Virus record (IMG/VR): IMGVR_UViG_3300028388_002189
Coordinates: 17,259-81,258 of that record
Reading direction: 5' to 3' (one strand)
Source of the DNA: a virus
DNA length: 64,000 nucleotides
This document shows, one piece after another, positions 7,944 through 16,372 of this stretch. Made by a program: the position numbers and the translations under genes. Within the stretch, counting starts at the first letter, position 1. Every line of letters starts with the position of its first letter. The notes below the pieces were generated by a model. The model searched no databases. It saw nothing but the letters and a program-made list of their open reading frames with translations, and was not told where the DNA came from.

Positions 7944-9766
7944 TTTGCTTCTCCCCAAGAATCGCCAATACATGGCTCTGCGATAAGAGGTACATCGAGT
8001 TGTACGCAGTTCTCCATCTCATGCTGAAGAGTCGCGCTCACACGCTCTGCTAGATGTTCTTTGACCTCTACAACAACTTCGTCGTGTACTTGCCCGATCA
8101 CTCGGAAGTCAGCGCTTGTAAGACCTTCTGCTCTCAGCCTTCGATAAAAGTTCCTCATACCGATCTTAATCAGATCTGCCGCGCTACCTTGGACTTGGGT
8201 GTTGATTGCTTTGCGCTCGTCACCATTCTTTAGACCGAACTTAGCGCTGTTGATATTAGGCAAAGGACGATGGCGACCTGTGATTGTCCAAGTGAACCCC
8301 TTTCGCCTACATTTAGCGACGAGATTATCTTGGAACTTAGCAACACCGCTGTAGTTTTGGAAGTAACGATCAATGTAGTCTTGAGCCTCAGACTCTGTTT
8401 TACTTATTGCCTTTGCAAGAGTCTTAGCACCCATCTTGTAGATCAACCCAAAGTTGATCGCTTTGGCGTCAAAACGAGCACAGTTACAAGCGTCAGCAGT
8501 CATTTGGTGGATGTCGCCATTCTCTCGATAGATCTTAGACATAATAGGATCGCTAGACAGGTGAGCGGTAACCCTTAGCTCAATCTGAGAATAGTCAGCT
8601 ACGATTAACTTATAGCCTTTCTCAGCAATGAAAGACTTACGAATCAAGTCGCCTTCTTCAGTTCTCGATGAGGGTATGTTTTGCAAGTTTGGGTTAGACG
8701 AAGAGAAGCGCCCTGTACCTGTGCCCCATTGATTGAATGAGCCATGAACGCGCCCTTGAGAGTCTGCCGCATCGACAAGTTTCTTACAGTACGTTGTATA
8801 CAGTTTACTGACCTTGCGATAACGCAATACGTCTTTAGCCACTTGGCGACCAATTTCTGTAGTCCCAGAAGCGTCTCCAATAGACCAATCTTCAAGAGCC
8901 TCTTTATCTGTGCTATAGCAACCGTTTTTCCCCTTAGTGCCCCGCACGCCCCATATCTTACCTACGAGGTTCTCTGAGAGCCATTGAGTAGAACTGATAA
9001 GCGCTCGGTCTCCGAACATCTTTCGGAACTTCGACTCTAGTTGCTCTGTCTCTTCCTTCAAGGCTATGCCCGCAGTATATAGCTTTTCAGTGTCTACCTT
9101 GAACCCGAAGTGCTCCATCTCCTCAACGATTCTCATCATAGGCATCTCTAAGTCATGAAGTACCTTTGACAACTGAGGACTTAACTGTGGATACAGCCTG
9201 TGAGCGAGTTCTAGTAGAAACACAACGTCATCGATGGCGTATTTACCCATAGGACCTACAGGGGCATAAGCGTTCTTTCCATACATCTTAAACTGATTGA
9301 ATGACCCCATCTCTTTACCTAAGACTTTAGGTACTAGGTTCTTTAACCCATGCCCACCTAGTCTTTCGGGTTCAAGCAACCAACTGACAGCAATGGTGTC
9401 CAACACCTCACACTTAAGATTCTCAATATCGAACCCCTCGTTACGAAGTACCTTTAGATCAAACTTAGCGTTATGTATCCAAACGCGATTACCTTCAACG
9501 AACATCGCCTCGATGAGTCTGAAGGCAACGTCTTTGTCTACGTTAGACGGTTCGACAGCGAACAGGTCATCCCCACGCTCATGACGTAAGGGGACATACC
9601 AACCAATATATTGACCTTCATGCTGTACTGCGAATGAGAACCCGATACATATACGGTCATGCGAAAGACCATCGGTCTCTGTGTCAAAAGCAAACTCTTG
9701 ATGAGATTGTATAAAAGACAAGACTTCTCTTACTTGCTCATCGCTTGTAATGATTGAACTTTGCAC
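7940..9766 (-). CDS. polA: family A DNA polymerase (3'-5' exonuclease + polymerase, no 5'-3' exonuclease)
   Basis: FDTET, HNAKFD, YAIDD, TGRFSSSNPNLQNIP, ADYSQIELR, AKAINFGLIY, VHDE. Confidence 0.97.
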   Translation of the reverse strand: MQSSIITSDEQVREVLSFIQSHQEFAFDTETDGLSHDRICIGFSFAVQHEGQYIGWYVPLRHERGDDLFAVEPSNVDKDVAFRLIEAMFVEGNRVWIHNAKFDLKVLRNEGFDIENLKCEVLDTIAVSWLLEPERLGGHGLKNLVPKVLGKEMGSFNQFKMYGKNAYAPVGPMGKYAIDDVVFLLELAHRLYPQLSPQLSKVLHDLEMPMMRIVEEMEHFGFKVDTEKLYTAGIALKEETEQLESKFRKMFGDRALISSTQWLSENLVGKIWGVRGTKGKNGCYSTDKEALEDWSIGDASGTTEIGRQVAKDVLRYRKVSKLYTTYCKKLVDAADSQGRVHGSFNQWGTGTGRFSSSNPNLQNIPSSRTEEGDLIRKSFIAEKGYKLIVADYSQIELRVTAHLSSDPIMSKIYRENGDIHQMTADACNCARFDAKAINFGLIYKMGAKTLAKAISKTESEAQDYIDRYFQNYSGVAKFQDNLVAKCRRKGFTWTITGRHRPLPNINSAKFGLKNGDERKAINTQVQGSAADLIKIGMRNFYRRLRAEGLTSADFRVIGQVHDEVVVEVKEHLAERVSATLQHEMENCVQLDVPLIAEPCIGDSWGEAK

Positions 9767-9788
9767 TTATTTATCCTTGTAAAAGTAA

Positions 9789-9819
9789 ATGCCCCAAAGG
9801 GCTAAGATAGGCGGGGCAT
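9789..9819 (-). terminator. hairpin/terminator downstream of the SSB gene
   Basis: ATGCCCC...GGGGCAT stem followed by TTACTTTT on the minus strand. Confidence 0.45.
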
Positions 9820-9880
9820 CTGTCTTAAGGCACACCCATGCCCCCCTGCGGTGCGGAGAAACCCATGAACTAGGATAGCC

Positions 9881-10666
9881 TTAGAACGGGATTGGATCGC
9901 TTCCGTTGTTACCACTGGTACTACCAAACACTCGGTTCTCTTGTTGAGGTGGCGTGTTGTTGATCGGACTCTGCCAGTTGTTAGCAGGTTCACTTGTCTG
10001 CGCTCCCCAACCATTATGATTAGTAGCACCAAACGAGTTATTGTCGTTACTCTTACCTTGCTTGAAAGGATCATTAGCGTCTGGGTTGAAGATGGCTTCG
10101 ATCTCAGACTTTGACTTTGGCTTCAAGATCTCAAGGTAGTTAAATGGAACATGAACATTTGGATCAAGAGGGAAGTTCTCAGAGTGCTTCTCAAGCATAG
10201 AACCACTGCCTGGAGACTTGTCACCCATGCGACTGACCAAGAAAGTTTGACCGCTTAAGTCCATGCCGCGCTCCATAAATCGCTCAATCTGCTTCCAAAC
10301 CTGTGAAGACCGCTTGACGACATAGAGGCAGAGTTCGTCTCTGTGTGCGACGCCATTTCGATCCGTCCACTCAGCATGGTCGATCGCAGTAAGCACAGCA
10401 ACCTTTGAAGCACGATACCCCATGTCTTTGAGTACATCGTCACTTGGATCAATCGGCTGTGTAAACCAGTTTCTCCAACTGCCGTTAAGTTGGAGTTGAT
10501 ACTCATTGTACTTGAATGGTGTTTGTACCTTGAGTCCATCGAGTTCGATTGTTGGAGTGTCAATGAACGTGATAAGACGCTCGGTGTCATTTGGCATCCA
10601 AAAGCGCTTTGTGTATTTCTTCTGTGTGTTTTGGGCAAAGCCCGCATCGTTATTAAACCAACTCAT
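9881..10666 (-). CDS. single-stranded DNA-binding protein (gp32-like)
   Basis: lies between primase and PolA; RFWMP, low-complexity N/Q/G tail ending DPIPF. Confidence 0.7.
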   Translation of the reverse strand: MSWFNNDAGFAQNTQKKYTKRFWMPNDTERLITFIDTPTIELDGLKVQTPFKYNEYQLQLNGSWRNWFTQPIDPSDDVLKDMGYRASKVAVLTAIDHAEWTDRNGVAHRDELCLYVVKRSSQVWKQIERFMERGMDLSGQTFLVSRMGDKSPGSGSMLEKHSENFPLDPNVHVPFNYLEILKPKSKSEIEAIFNPDANDPFKQGKSNDNNSFGATNHNGWGAQTSEPANNWQSPINNTPPQQENRVFGSTSGNNGSDPIPF

Positions 10667-10733
10667 CTGTGATCCTTTCGTCAACTATGTTGGGAGTAGT
10701 ATTAATACTACAAATGTTAGTGTCATACAATAG

Positions 10734-10745
10734 TTTTCAACAACT
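10734..10745 (+). repeat. genome-wide motif, copy 3 (intergenic, primase-SSB)
   Basis: AGTTTTCAACAACT. Confidence 0.9.
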
Positions 10746-11711
10746 TTATAAAAGAGTGGCAGATTGTATTACAGACACAATCTGCTGAGCAGAGCACTCA
10801 CCGAAGTCCTTCTTTCCCACAGAACCTATATGAGCGACCTTAGCCATCAAACGGGTAGACAGTAAGTCCTTTGCTTTAGCAAGTCCTCTTTGTCCCGCTT
10901 CGTCAGCATCAAGAGCAATCACGACTTGATTGGAACATCGGACTAACAGATTGGCTTGTTGCTCAGTTAAAGTAGCGCCCAAGATGCTCACCACGTTATA
11001 GTCTTCGGAAAGACCTGCTTGATGTATCGCTTGATCTGCTAATAGTGCATCTAAACTACCCTCAACGATGATGGTCGTCTTAGACTTCTTAATGAGATGA
11101 GCGCCAAGTAGTTGAGTGCCTTTCTTCATCTCCCAGTAGTTCATGTACTTGGGTGTTTCATTAGCGTATGAGCGACCTACTGCGCCCCACAACTTGCCAG
11201 AGAAGTCTCTCACAGGGATAACTGCTCTCTTCTGTGATACATCAACTCCTACGCCCCAACGCTTACCTGTCTCTAAAGATATACCTCGCCTTTGAAGATA
11301 CGGAGCAAACTTGCGAGCGAACGGTTCAAACAAACACTCATCGATCGACTTTGGCTTTGGACTATCGTTTCGATATAGACCCATCGCCTTTAGGTTCTGT
11401 ATACCAAGCGCGAGATACTGTTTCTCAAGTTCTAGTACAGCGTCTAAAGCACCACCCCACCTTAAGTCATGACTTGCTAAACGACTAAACAGGTAAGATA
11501 ACTGACCGCTCTTGAATCGACAAGTGAAGCAGTTAACGAGAACTGCACCTTCAGTTACCTTGATACCCATAGAAGGATGACTGTCATAGTTGTTCCTGTG
11601 CAAAGGAGTATAGGGCGCAAGAGGACACGGGATCGACAGGTTTTGGGCACCCTGCCGTACTCGGAAGTTACACTTCTGCAATATGTCTAAAACAGCTTGT
11701 TGCTTGTCCAT
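10746..11711 (-). CDS. DNA primase (Zn finger + Toprim)
   Basis: CPLA..H...PSM...NCFTC, GR, IIVEGSLD, LDADEAG, KDFGE. Confidence 0.92.
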   Translation of the reverse strand: MDKQQAVLDILQKCNFRVRQGAQNLSIPCPLAPYTPLHRNNYDSHPSMGIKVTEGAVLVNCFTCRFKSGQLSYLFSRLASHDLRWGGALDAVLELEKQYLALGIQNLKAMGLYRNDSPKPKSIDECLFEPFARKFAPYLQRRGISLETGKRWGVGVDVSQKRAVIPVRDFSGKLWGAVGRSYANETPKYMNYWEMKKGTQLLGAHLIKKSKTTIIVEGSLDALLADQAIHQAGLSEDYNVVSILGATLTEQQANLLVRCSNQVVIALDADEAGQRGLAKAKDLLSTRLMAKVAHIGSVGKKDFGECSAQQIVSVIQSATLL

Positions 11712-12937
11712 CAGAAACCTACAGGATTCAATCCGCTGTCTTGTACCTCAGAGAACTTCATGTTTGCCATGTCCCAATCAAGTTCAATCTCTGGGCGTGA
11801 ACCTTCACGCTGCTTCAACACTCTTAAGGTCATACGCTTATCAAGTCTCTGATCTTCGTCTTGAAAGAGACCAAGGATCACATCAGCATCCTTAGCAATG
11901 TCACCATAAGCAATATTTGAAGCGTCACCTTTTGCGTTATCAGCGCTTCGGTTAAACTGCACAGTTGCAATGATCGGAATCATCACTCTCTTAGCGAGTC
12001 GCTTCATGTCTCGACTAATGTTACTGATCTTCAGCCAGTTATCTCTAGCTCGCTGATCATCATCCATTAGGTACATACCATCGATAAAGATGATGTCGGG
12101 CTTATGGCGTTCGATCTTCGCCGCGACTTGAGATACGCCACCTGTCTCTTCACCTACGATCATGAGCTTGCCGTTAGGCAATCCATTCTTGACCTTTTGT
12201 CGCCACTCGGTCTCGATGAACGAGTTCAAGTTACCGCTTCGTAAGTCTTGGTAGGGCAGATTATACTCTAGCGCGTCAAAACGTCTCGCGACCTGTTTAG
12301 AAGGCATCTCTTTGGTGAAGTAAAGAACACGCAAACCGTCTTGGTAGTTCTTGTGCGCCATGATGTTTGTTAACCAAGTCTTACCAACACCCTGTCGAGC
12401 AACGACAAGTATAAACTCACCGTCATGCCAACCCTGTGTGGCATTGTCGAGTGTCTGAAAAGGTGTTCGATACCCATCAATACCACCCTTCTTTTGTATA
12501 TCGAGGTAGTCATTGTAGCGATCTTCAGCAGAAGCACCCCAATCAAGATCCGCCTCGCTTGCGGTAGCGTCTTCGATTTTCCTAAGCGCATCTCTTAAGT
12601 CATCAACCGCAGACTCGACTTCACGTTTATTTAAGTTGTCGTAAGCGCTCTGAATACCAACTAAGGTCAAGTTGAATGCGTGTTTACGCTTAAGTTGCTC
12701 TACATAGTAAGAGAGCGGTTCTGGTGCTGGGAAGTCCCAAGAGTATTCTTGGAACTGTGCGGTGATCGCCTCGTCAGTAGGACCTGTCCCATGTGCCTTC
12801 ATGTGCTTGAGAGCGTACTCCCAAATGTCTCTTGCAACGCCACTGAACATTTCGGGTATGACCGCTTGATCGATCGCCTCTGCGTATAAGGCAGTGTTTT
12901 CAGCGCACTTGTCTATAATCTTCTTTTCAATATCCAT
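11711..12937 (-). CDS. dnaB: DnaB-like replicative helicase
   Basis: ARQGVGKT, FTKEM, FIDGMYLM, QFNR, DADVILGL, KQREG. Confidence 0.95.
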   Translation of the reverse strand: MDIEKKIIDKCAENTALYAEAIDQAVIPEMFSGVARDIWEYALKHMKAHGTGPTDEAITAQFQEYSWDFPAPEPLSYYVEQLKRKHAFNLTLVGIQSAYDNLNKREVESAVDDLRDALRKIEDATASEADLDWGASAEDRYNDYLDIQKKGGIDGYRTPFQTLDNATQGWHDGEFILVVARQGVGKTWLTNIMAHKNYQDGLRVLYFTKEMPSKQVARRFDALEYNLPYQDLRSGNLNSFIETEWRQKVKNGLPNGKLMIVGEETGGVSQVAAKIERHKPDIIFIDGMYLMDDDQRARDNWLKISNISRDMKRLAKRVMIPIIATVQFNRSADNAKGDASNIAYGDIAKDADVILGLFQDEDQRLDKRMTLRVLKQREGSRPEIELDWDMANMKFSEVQDSGLNPVGF

Positions 12938-12940
12938 GTC

Positions 12941-13291
12941 TTAGCAATATCTCTTAAGGCTTGATGTGTATAGGACGGTTTCAGATGTAACGAGAGCGGG
13001 ATCGTTCACCACCATCTCAACCGCACGATGATTGCGCCGTAGCGCGTCACGACACTCAGCAAAAGTGTCGAAAGTTAGACTGTCATAGTCTGACAGTAGT
13101 TTGTTAGGTTCTTGTCCAATGTAGACAATGACAGGTCTTAGTAGGTAGGAGACACCCCATAACCAACTTTCATTCTGAAGGGCGTACTTCTTTGGACCCA
13201 CCAAGAAAACTCTCCCCTCGTACTTAAGGACACAATCGCTGTGTATCCAAAGCGTAGGGGATAGAGTGTTTGCGATGCTACCTCTCATCAT
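12941..13291 (-). CDS. hypothetical protein
   Basis: 116 aa, coupled within the replication operon. Confidence 0.65.
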   Translation of the reverse strand: MMRGSIANTLSPTLWIHSDCVLKYEGRVFLVGPKKYALQNESWLWGVSYLLRPVIVYIGQEPNKLLSDYDSLTFDTFAECRDALRRNHRAVEMVVNDPALVTSETVLYTSSLKRYC

Positions 13292-13962
13292 TTGAGCATC
13301 TCCGCAGTCATAGACTGACCAAGGACTTTGCGACGGTCTTGTCCCTTCATCTCACAAGCAACCATACATTCCATAGCCAAAGAAGCCGCAGATTGCTTAT
13401 AGCGCTCTTGAAAAGCCTTTGGAGATAGATTGGTAGTCACAATCGTTGGAAGACACTCTCTTGATCGTTTACGAAGCATATTCTCAAAGCAAAGCTCTGC
13501 AAAGCCACTGCCCTTGCCAGAGTATTCTTTACCGAGATCCTCTAAGAGAAGGAAGTCTACCGACTCAACACGCTGTACAACGGAGTTGTCTCTATCGAAT
13601 CGCTGCCCATCAATGTAAGCAACCTTCAGCACGTCAGATAAGACACAGTATGTTGAGTAACCGCGCTTCTGTATCTCTTTCAGCAGAGCACAGGAAGCAT
13701 GAGTCTTACCCACACCGTTTCCACCATATAGAAAGATACCCCAACCTTGGTTGTAGTTCGCTGTTAAGTCTTTGACGTAGTTCCGAAAGATCTGCTTTGC
13801 ACTGCACTCTTCAACCTGTGACATATCAGCGCTCCAAAAGCGTCTGCCTATGTTCATCCGTGTGAGAGTCGTTTCACTTAGACTTCTTGGCTTTGGGTTT
13901 GTTGTTCTGCTCATCTTCAATAACCTGTATGTTTTGTCTGAGGATACGCCACTTGCGAGCAT
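13288..13962 (-). CDS. DnaC/IstB-like AAA+ helicase loader
   Basis: GGNGVGKT, LLLEDLGKE, PTIVTTNL, GQDRR; probable start ATG 13914. Confidence 0.9.
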   Translation of the reverse strand: MLASGVSSDKTYRLLKMSRTTNPKPRSLSETTLTRMNIGRRFWSADMSQVEECSAKQIFRNYVKDLTANYNQGWGIFLYGGNGVGKTHASCALLKEIQKRGYSTYCVLSDVLKVAYIDGQRFDRDNSVVQRVESVDFLLLEDLGKEYSGKGSGFAELCFENMLRKRSRECLPTIVTTNLSPKAFQERYKQSAASLAMECMVACEMKGQDRRKVLGQSMTAEMLK

Positions 13963-14167
13963 ATTCTCTTGCTTGTCTAGGGATTGATATTGTGGGGTGT
14001 GTTTCTTTTCGGACTAAAGGACGTTTGCCCATCTTCTCGGGACCATATAGTTCTAAGTGTGAACGTGTCTCTTTAAGAATAATCTTCATAGCGTAAAGGC
14101 GACTTAGGTGATTCTTAGGGTCATCTTTAACCACAACGCCAATCTTCTGCTTTTCTAGGTAACTCAT
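13874..14167 (-). CDS. hypothetical basic protein
   Basis: 97 aa, abuts the initiator stop codon. Confidence 0.55.
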   Translation of the reverse strand: MSYLEKQKIGVVVKDDPKNHLSRLYAMKIILKETRSHLELYGPEKMGKRPLVRKETHPTISIPRQAREYARKWRILRQNIQVIEDEQNNKPKAKKSK

Positions 14168-15025
14168 CTACCAACCAATCTCGCCTCCATCTGGGCGACT
14201 GTCTTTTTCGTTGTTGAACTGAGAACCCCACGTCGGTTGACCTTGGAGCTCTCCGTCTATCATAAGGGGGAATAAACTGTTTCGGAACCCCCAAAAGATA
14301 GGCATTGAAGGGTATCCTTTGATATTGAAACGAGGTGCGATCGTTTCCCAATCTTTAACACAGCGCTTGATAACATCAGTCACCACCTCTGCGCTATAGA
14401 TACTGATCAAGTCTTTAGCGTGTTTTAAGTCTCGACCAAAGAACCTTGGCGGAGGAGACTTCCACTTCTCTCTCCACTCAATCGCCATCACGAACTCAAG
14501 ATCTTTAGCGTTGTACTGCTCTGGAGTCTTCTCGTTGAATGCTTGTAGCCTACGCCAATGTTGAGGCTTTGTTTGAACAGGAGTACGTTTCTTAGACTTG
14601 TCACGCGCCATATCGAGGGAAGTGTCGATGAGGTTCTTAAGAGGATCGATCGCTTTATTTGGCTCATCGTGTAGAGGCTTTGTGATCTCCTCTTCAGCAA
14701 CAGGTACACCTGCAAGATCTTTCAATGCACCAAGTAGCGGAGCATAGTCATAGGTCTTCTCGTTAGTCTCTGTTCGTACAGGCGTTAGATAACCCTTATG
14801 GCTAAGTGATCTTAGATAAGCTCTGACGGTCTGACCCGACTTACCAGTCATCTTCGCGAAGTATTCAGCGCTTGGGAAGTCGCGATTCCCAAACCAAGAA
14901 TGGTCTAGTAGGTGAAGCACAAGCATTGCCTCTTCCATCGAGATATTGAGTTTACGATAGTTGGTGAGAAACACACGACTGATAGGCATAAAGCCTTGCT
15001 CTGAAAGGTTAGTGAACTCAATCAT
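14168..15025 (-). CDS. replication initiator (DnaD N-terminal-like winged HTH)
   Basis: YRKLNISMEEAMLVLHL..FPSAEYFAKMTG..VRAYLRSL..KGYL..YDYAPL; upstream of a DnaC-like gene. Confidence 0.8.
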   Translation of the reverse strand: MIEFTNLSEQGFMPISRVFLTNYRKLNISMEEAMLVLHLLDHSWFGNRDFPSAEYFAKMTGKSGQTVRAYLRSLSHKGYLTPVRTETNEKTYDYAPLLGALKDLAGVPVAEEEITKPLHDEPNKAIDPLKNLIDTSLDMARDKSKKRTPVQTKPQHWRRLQAFNEKTPEQYNAKDLEFVMAIEWREKWKSPPPRFFGRDLKHAKDLISIYSAEVVTDVIKRCVKDWETIAPRFNIKGYPSMPIFWGFRNSLFPLMIDGELQGQPTWGSQFNNEKDSRPDGGEIGW

Positions 15026-15272
15026 CAGACTTCACCTCACGATTGTCTTTGAGGTAGTCTTTGAGATCAATCGTAGCTTTAGGCTCTTCACCTTGTACCA
15101 TGCGAGCCATCTGGCGAAGGATTGCTCTGTCTTGATCTGTCTCTGCTCCATACAGATAAACCGCTTGGAGGATCATCTCAGCCAACTGTTGCCCTGTGGG
15201 GTGCTTCAAGTCGATGAGTAGTTTGTTCTTTTTGCTGTCTAGGCGAACCATGTTTTCTCCTTTGTGTACCAT
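15018..15272 (-). CDS. hypothetical protein
   Basis: small ORF, AGGAG RBS before MVRLD. Confidence 0.65.
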   Translation of the reverse strand: MVHKGENMVRLDSKKNKLLIDLKHPTGQQLAEMILQAVYLYGAETDQDRAILRQMARMVQGEEPKATIDLKDYLKDNREVKSDD

Positions 15273-15284
15273 AGACTGTACTCA

Positions 15285-15336
15285 GAGATAATCGTTTGCC
15301 TCCAAAACGTCAATAGATTTTATCGATGTTTTTTAT
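15285..15336 (-). promoter_or_regulatory. candidate promoter of the replication operon with an adjacent TATCGATGTTTTTTAT operator
   Basis: TTGACG (15313-15308) - 17 nt - TATCTC; 16-nt identity of 15321-15336 with 223-238. Confidence 0.5.
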
Positions 15337-15589
15337 ACACACCCATCGTGATCATACTACCCTTGACCTCTGTGGACTGTACCCAACTACCTATTTTGTA
15401 AGGTAAAGCACCTCCACCTACAAGGTGAACGACCGCTAAAGAAAGATCCATTTTTATTTTTAGATCTGAAGATCTACTACAGGTAAGTAGGTACGCATTG
15501 AAGTCTTTCTCAAACTGATCTTCTTTGTTGACCGCTGAGTATTCAATCGACCTAGCTATCAAAAGTTGGTCGTTAACGTTCTCTGTCAT
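15320..15589 (-). CDS. hypothetical protein
   Basis: 89 aa, immediately downstream of the TATA-rich element. Confidence 0.55.
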   Translation of the reverse strand: MTENVNDQLLIARSIEYSAVNKEDQFEKDFNAYLLTCSRSSDLKIKMDLSLAVVHLVGGGALPYKIGSWVQSTEVKGSMITMGVYKKHR

Positions 15590-15600
15590 CTTGGTAGCTC

Positions 15601-15650
15601 CGCTCTTATATATATAGGTTATCTTATAGTATATATAATATATAAGAGCG
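15601..15650 (-). promoter_or_regulatory. TATA-rich repeated element (copy 2), bounded by the inverted repeat CGCTCTTATATAT
   Basis: CGCTCTTATATATATAGG...TATATATAATATATAAGAGCG. Confidence 0.55.
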
Positions 15651-15664
15651 AGTACCTCTAAAAC

Positions 15665-16021
15665 CTACTTCCTTAGACCTGTCCAAGCATAACGCTTCCT
15701 AGTGTCAAGGTAGTTGATATATTCGTCATTGTCGTAGGCTTCCTGCTCAAAGCAGATCATACGATAAGCTGTTTTACCGTCTCTATGCTTCAGTAACCTA
15801 AACAGGTAGTCCGCATAGTAGAGGACGATAAACCCAATAACGCCAGTCTCTAAGAACTGTTGGAAGTGTATTGTCTCATGCCTCTTGGTTCTCTCAGAAA
15901 GTTCACCCCTAGAGAACACAAAGCAAAACAGAGTGATTGCGTTGATCTCTATAGGCGTAAACTTGCTTAACCAAATAGGAACTTTGCTATTCTCAAAGAA
16001 CCAAGGTTTCCAATGTCTCAT
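15665..16021 (-). CDS. small zincin-like HExxH protein
   Basis: AITLF, RHETIHFQQ, FEQEAY. Confidence 0.7.
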   Translation of the reverse strand: MRHWKPWFFENSKVPIWLSKFTPIEINAITLFCFVFSRGELSERTKRHETIHFQQFLETGVIGFIVLYYADYLFRLLKHRDGKTAYRMICFEQEAYDNDEYINYLDTRKRYAWTGLRK

Positions 16022-16023
16022 AA

Positions 16024-16353
16024 CTACACTACCTCGGACTTTTCAACAACTTTTTTGAGTTTTACCAACTCTGACTTAGTTACCATAAGTTCATGTAGTA
16101 AAACATTAATTACGGTTTCTACGTCTAGGTAACCTTCCTCTCCTTCGGGGACTTCTTCAGTAGAAAGTCGGTTTTCACCCGTATACTTGTAACCCCTCGT
16201 ACCAAATAATGCATAAGCAGACTTGTTCTCATAAATAGTCCTACTTGCTTTAGTAAAAGGCAAGTTGGCTTCTTTTGTCCTCTTATGATTAGTAAATGGG
16301 TGCTTCGATTCTTTAGGTTTCTTTATACTTTTCAAGTGTTTATTACCTTTCAA
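16024..16353 (-). CDS. hypothetical protein (basic N-terminus, C-terminal coiled coil)
   Basis: 109 aa ORF in the operon. Confidence 0.6.
   Translation of the reverse strand: MKGNKHLKSIKKPKESKHPFTNHKRTKEANLPFTKASRTIYENKSAYALFGTRGYKYTGENRLSTEEVPEGEEGYLDVETVINVLLHELMVTKSELVKLKKVVEKSEVV
16040..16051 (+). repeat. genome-wide motif, copy 4 (VVEK register)
   Basis: ACTTTTCAACAACT. Confidence 0.9.
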
Positions 16354-16372
16354 TGTCTATAAAAGTTTGTCT

